Positions 62,215 to 64,000 of a stretch of 64,000 nucleotides of DNA are shown in pieces. A program made the translations under genes and the position numbers. How positions within the stretch are numbered: position 1 is the stretch's first letter; each line of letters starts with the position of its first letter. The stretch lies in contig QZIW01000066.1 in NCBI GenBank assembly GCA_003604985.1, forward strand, positions 6,948 to 70,947, given 5' to 3'. Under the pieces are notes generated by a model that made no database searches, had not been told where the DNA came from, and saw only the letters and a list, made by a program, of their open reading frames with translations. This DNA is from Ammonifex sp. (lineage in GTDB: Bacteria; Bacillota; Desulfotomaculia; Desulfotomaculales; Ammonificaceae).

Positions 62215-64000
62215 ATACCCGGCGCCAGGCGACTTTGATGTTTTTTTCCCCCACCATCTCTTTGAGCAGACTAACTACGGGTGAGGCGAGGTCCACCCAG
62301 TAGTCCTCAGGGGCCTTCCGGACGGCTGTTTCTCCCGGCGCGCACACGTAAACCGGGCAGGTGCCGCTGTACTGTTTCAAGGTTTCCTTCAGCCGCGCCA
62401 TGAACCCCGGCTCACCATCGGGGAGGCGAAGATAGATCTCCGCCTTCTCCCAATCCACCGCCGTAACCTCTTCCGCTAGAAGTTTCGCCCGTTCTCCGGC
62501 CGGTGCTTTCCGCCCCCGCACCAGGACGACCGCTTCCGGTTTCAACACATGCCGGCATTCCTGGTAAACACGCGGGTATAGTACGACTTCAATAACTCCG
62601 GTCAGGTCCTCGAGTTGAAGGATCGCCATCTGTTCCCCCCTCCGGGTGCGAAGCCGCCGCACCCCCAGGGCCAGCCCCCCGGCTGAAAAGGAGCTGTCGG
62701 GATCAGCTTCCGGCAAGTCAACCGCCTGGATATTGGTCAAGGCCCTTAAGATCTCCCGGTAGTTTTCCAGGGGATGACCCGTGATGTACAGGCCCAAAAG
62801 CTCTTTTTCCATGGAAAGCAGTTCCGATTGTGGGAACTCTTTTAGTCTGTGATCAATTTTCAGGCTGTATCCACCGTTTTGGAGGTCGCCGAAAAGGCTC
62901 AGTTGATTGGAATCCCTTTCCCGCAGCGAACGCTGGGCAAGCTCCAGACCCTCACTGAGCATGTTCAGTACCTGGCTCCTGGTATGGCCTAGCGAAGCAC
63001 AGGCCCCTGCGCGCGCCAGACTTTCCAAAACGCGGTGATTGATGACGCGGGGGTTCATCCGGGAGCAAAAATCGCCGAAATCGCGGAAGGCACCTCCATC
63101 GTTCCGGGCAGCGATAACGGCCTCGACCGCACTTTCACCGACATTCTTGATCGCCGCCAGTCCGAAGCGGATGCCGTTCGGCACCACCGTGAAATTGTGG
63201 CCGCTCTCGTTTACATCGGGTGGGAGAACCGCAATCCCCAATCGCCGGCACTCTTCAACGTATGCCGCGACTTTATCGCTGTTGTCGCGGGAGGAAGTCA
63301 ACAGGGCGGCCATATACTCAACCGTGTAATGCGCCTTGAGGTAAGCCGTCTGAAAGGCCACCATGGCGTACGCCGCCGAATGGCTCTTGTTGAAGCCATA
63401 ACCCGCGAAATACTCCATAAGGTCAAAGATTTCGCCCGCGAGTTTTTCATTAATGCTGTTCTTTATCGCCCCTTCCACGAACCGGGACCTTAGGCCGGCG
63501 ATTATCTCGGGCTTTTTCTTTCCCATCGCCCGCCGCAAGAGGTCCGCTTCACCCAGGCTGAACCCGGAAAGGGCGCTTGCGATCTTCATCACCTGCTCCT
63601 GGTAAAGGATCACACCGTAGGTTTCTTTAAGAATCGGCTCGAGTTTAGGGTGCGGGTAACTTACCGGTATCCTTCCGTGTTTGCGCCGGATAAAGTCTTC
63701 AACCATGCCACTCCCTAAGGGTCCCGGGCGGTAAAGCGCCACAAGGGCAATCAGGTCTTCAAACGTGTTTGGTTTAAGCTCCCGCAGGATGTTGCGCATG
63801 CCGCTCGACTCCAGTTGAAAAACACCGGTTGTTTCACCCCGGCACAAAAGCTCGTAAGTGGCGGTATCCTCAAGCGGTAAACGCTCGATGTTAAGTGCTA
63901 CACGGCGGTGTTTTGCAACCAGCTTCACCGTGTCGGCAATCACGGTGAGAGTCCTGAGGCCCAGGAGGTCCATTTTCAGGAGACCCAGTTCTTCCACGGC
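62213..64000 (-). CDS. dnaE: DNA polymerase III alpha subunit, C-terminal part (gene continues beyond right edge)
   Basis: Open from the window end. ...DLLGLRTLTVI..., ...FNKSHSAAYA..., followed by HhH and OB-fold regions. Confidence 0.9.
   Translation of the reverse strand, partial: AVEELGLLKMDLLGLRTLTVIADTVKLVAKHRRVALNIERLPLEDTATYELLCRGETTGVFQLESSGMRNILRELKPNTFEDLIALVALYRPGPLGSGMVEDFIRRKHGRIPVSYPHPKLEPILKETYGVILYQEQVMKIASALSGFSLGEADLLRRAMGKKKPEIIAGLRSRFVEGAIKNSINEKLAGEIFDLMEYFAGYGFNKSHSAAYAMVAFQTAYLKAHYTVEYMAALLTSSRDNSDKVAAYVEECRRLGIAVLPPDVNESGHNFTVVPNGIRFGLAAIKNVGESAVEAVIAARNDGGAFRDFGDFCSRMNPRVINHRVLESLARAGACASLGHTRSQVLNMLSEGLELAQRSLRERDSNQLSLFGDLQNGGYSLKIDHRLKEFPQSELLSMEKELLGLYITGHPLENYREILRALTNIQAVDLPEADPDSSFSAGGLALGVRRLRTRRGEQMAILQLEDLTGVIEVVLYPRVYQECRHVLKPEAVVLVRGRKAPAGERAKLLAEEVTAVDWEKAEIYLRLPDGEPGFMARLKETLKQYSGTCPVYVCAPGETAVRKAPEDYWVDLASPVVSLLKEMVGEKNIKVAWRRV

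Overview
All calls come from reading the sequence and the supplied ORF track. Family names are from remembered motifs, not from searches.

The window has two parts.

(1) Positions 1 to about 30,400 are most of a siphovirus-type prophage. Almost all of its genes are on the minus strand. From low to high coordinates the modules are:
- tape measure protein (truncated at the left edge of the window)
- a tail chaperone pair with a -1 frameshift
- major tail and head-tail joining proteins
- a lambda-E-type capsid, a decoration protein and a scaffold
- an SPP1 gp7-like head morphogenesis protein and the portal
- large and small terminase
- a ParB-like nuclease and an adenine methyltransferase
- a phage tRNA and a DUF488 protein
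- a late-gene control region
- VRR-NUC, a deoxyribosyltransferase-like protein, DUF5131, Dam, MazG-like and DUF1643 genes
- a DnaC-like loader and a Rep-O-like initiator with an internal iteron origin
- an early region rich in HTH proteins
- a plus-strand CI-like repressor and ImmA-like pair

No integrase or lysis genes lie in the window. The right prophage junction falls inside the sporulation-associated kinase gene prkA.

(2) Positions from about 30,400 to 64,000 are chromosome of a GC-rich, spore-forming Firmicute. Genes recognised there:
- a Zn-phospholipase-C-like protein
- CoA-disulfide-reductase with a rhodanese domain
- a GH18 spore-cortex-type hydrolase and a DUF169 protein
- a polysaccharide deacetylase and a metallophosphoesterase
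- a PAS-GGDEF-HD-GYP signalling protein
- two polysaccharide glycosyltransferase genes and an MqnD-like protein
- murT/gatD, class II RNR, sigI/rsgI and a DedA protein
- pyk, pfkA, accA, accD, TRAP (mtrB) and the 3' part of dnaE

Most interesting observations:
- the prophage splits prkA, in the style of a skin/SPbeta intervening element
- a promoter, a roughly 250-nt structured leader and a strong terminator sit ahead of the late genes, next to a Zn-ribbon protein with an arginine-rich tail
- a reverse-strand glycine-zipper moron is wedged between the tail chaperone and the tape measure gene
- a candidate DNA-modification gene cluster
- a GAG-repeat tract lies upstream of the TRAP gene
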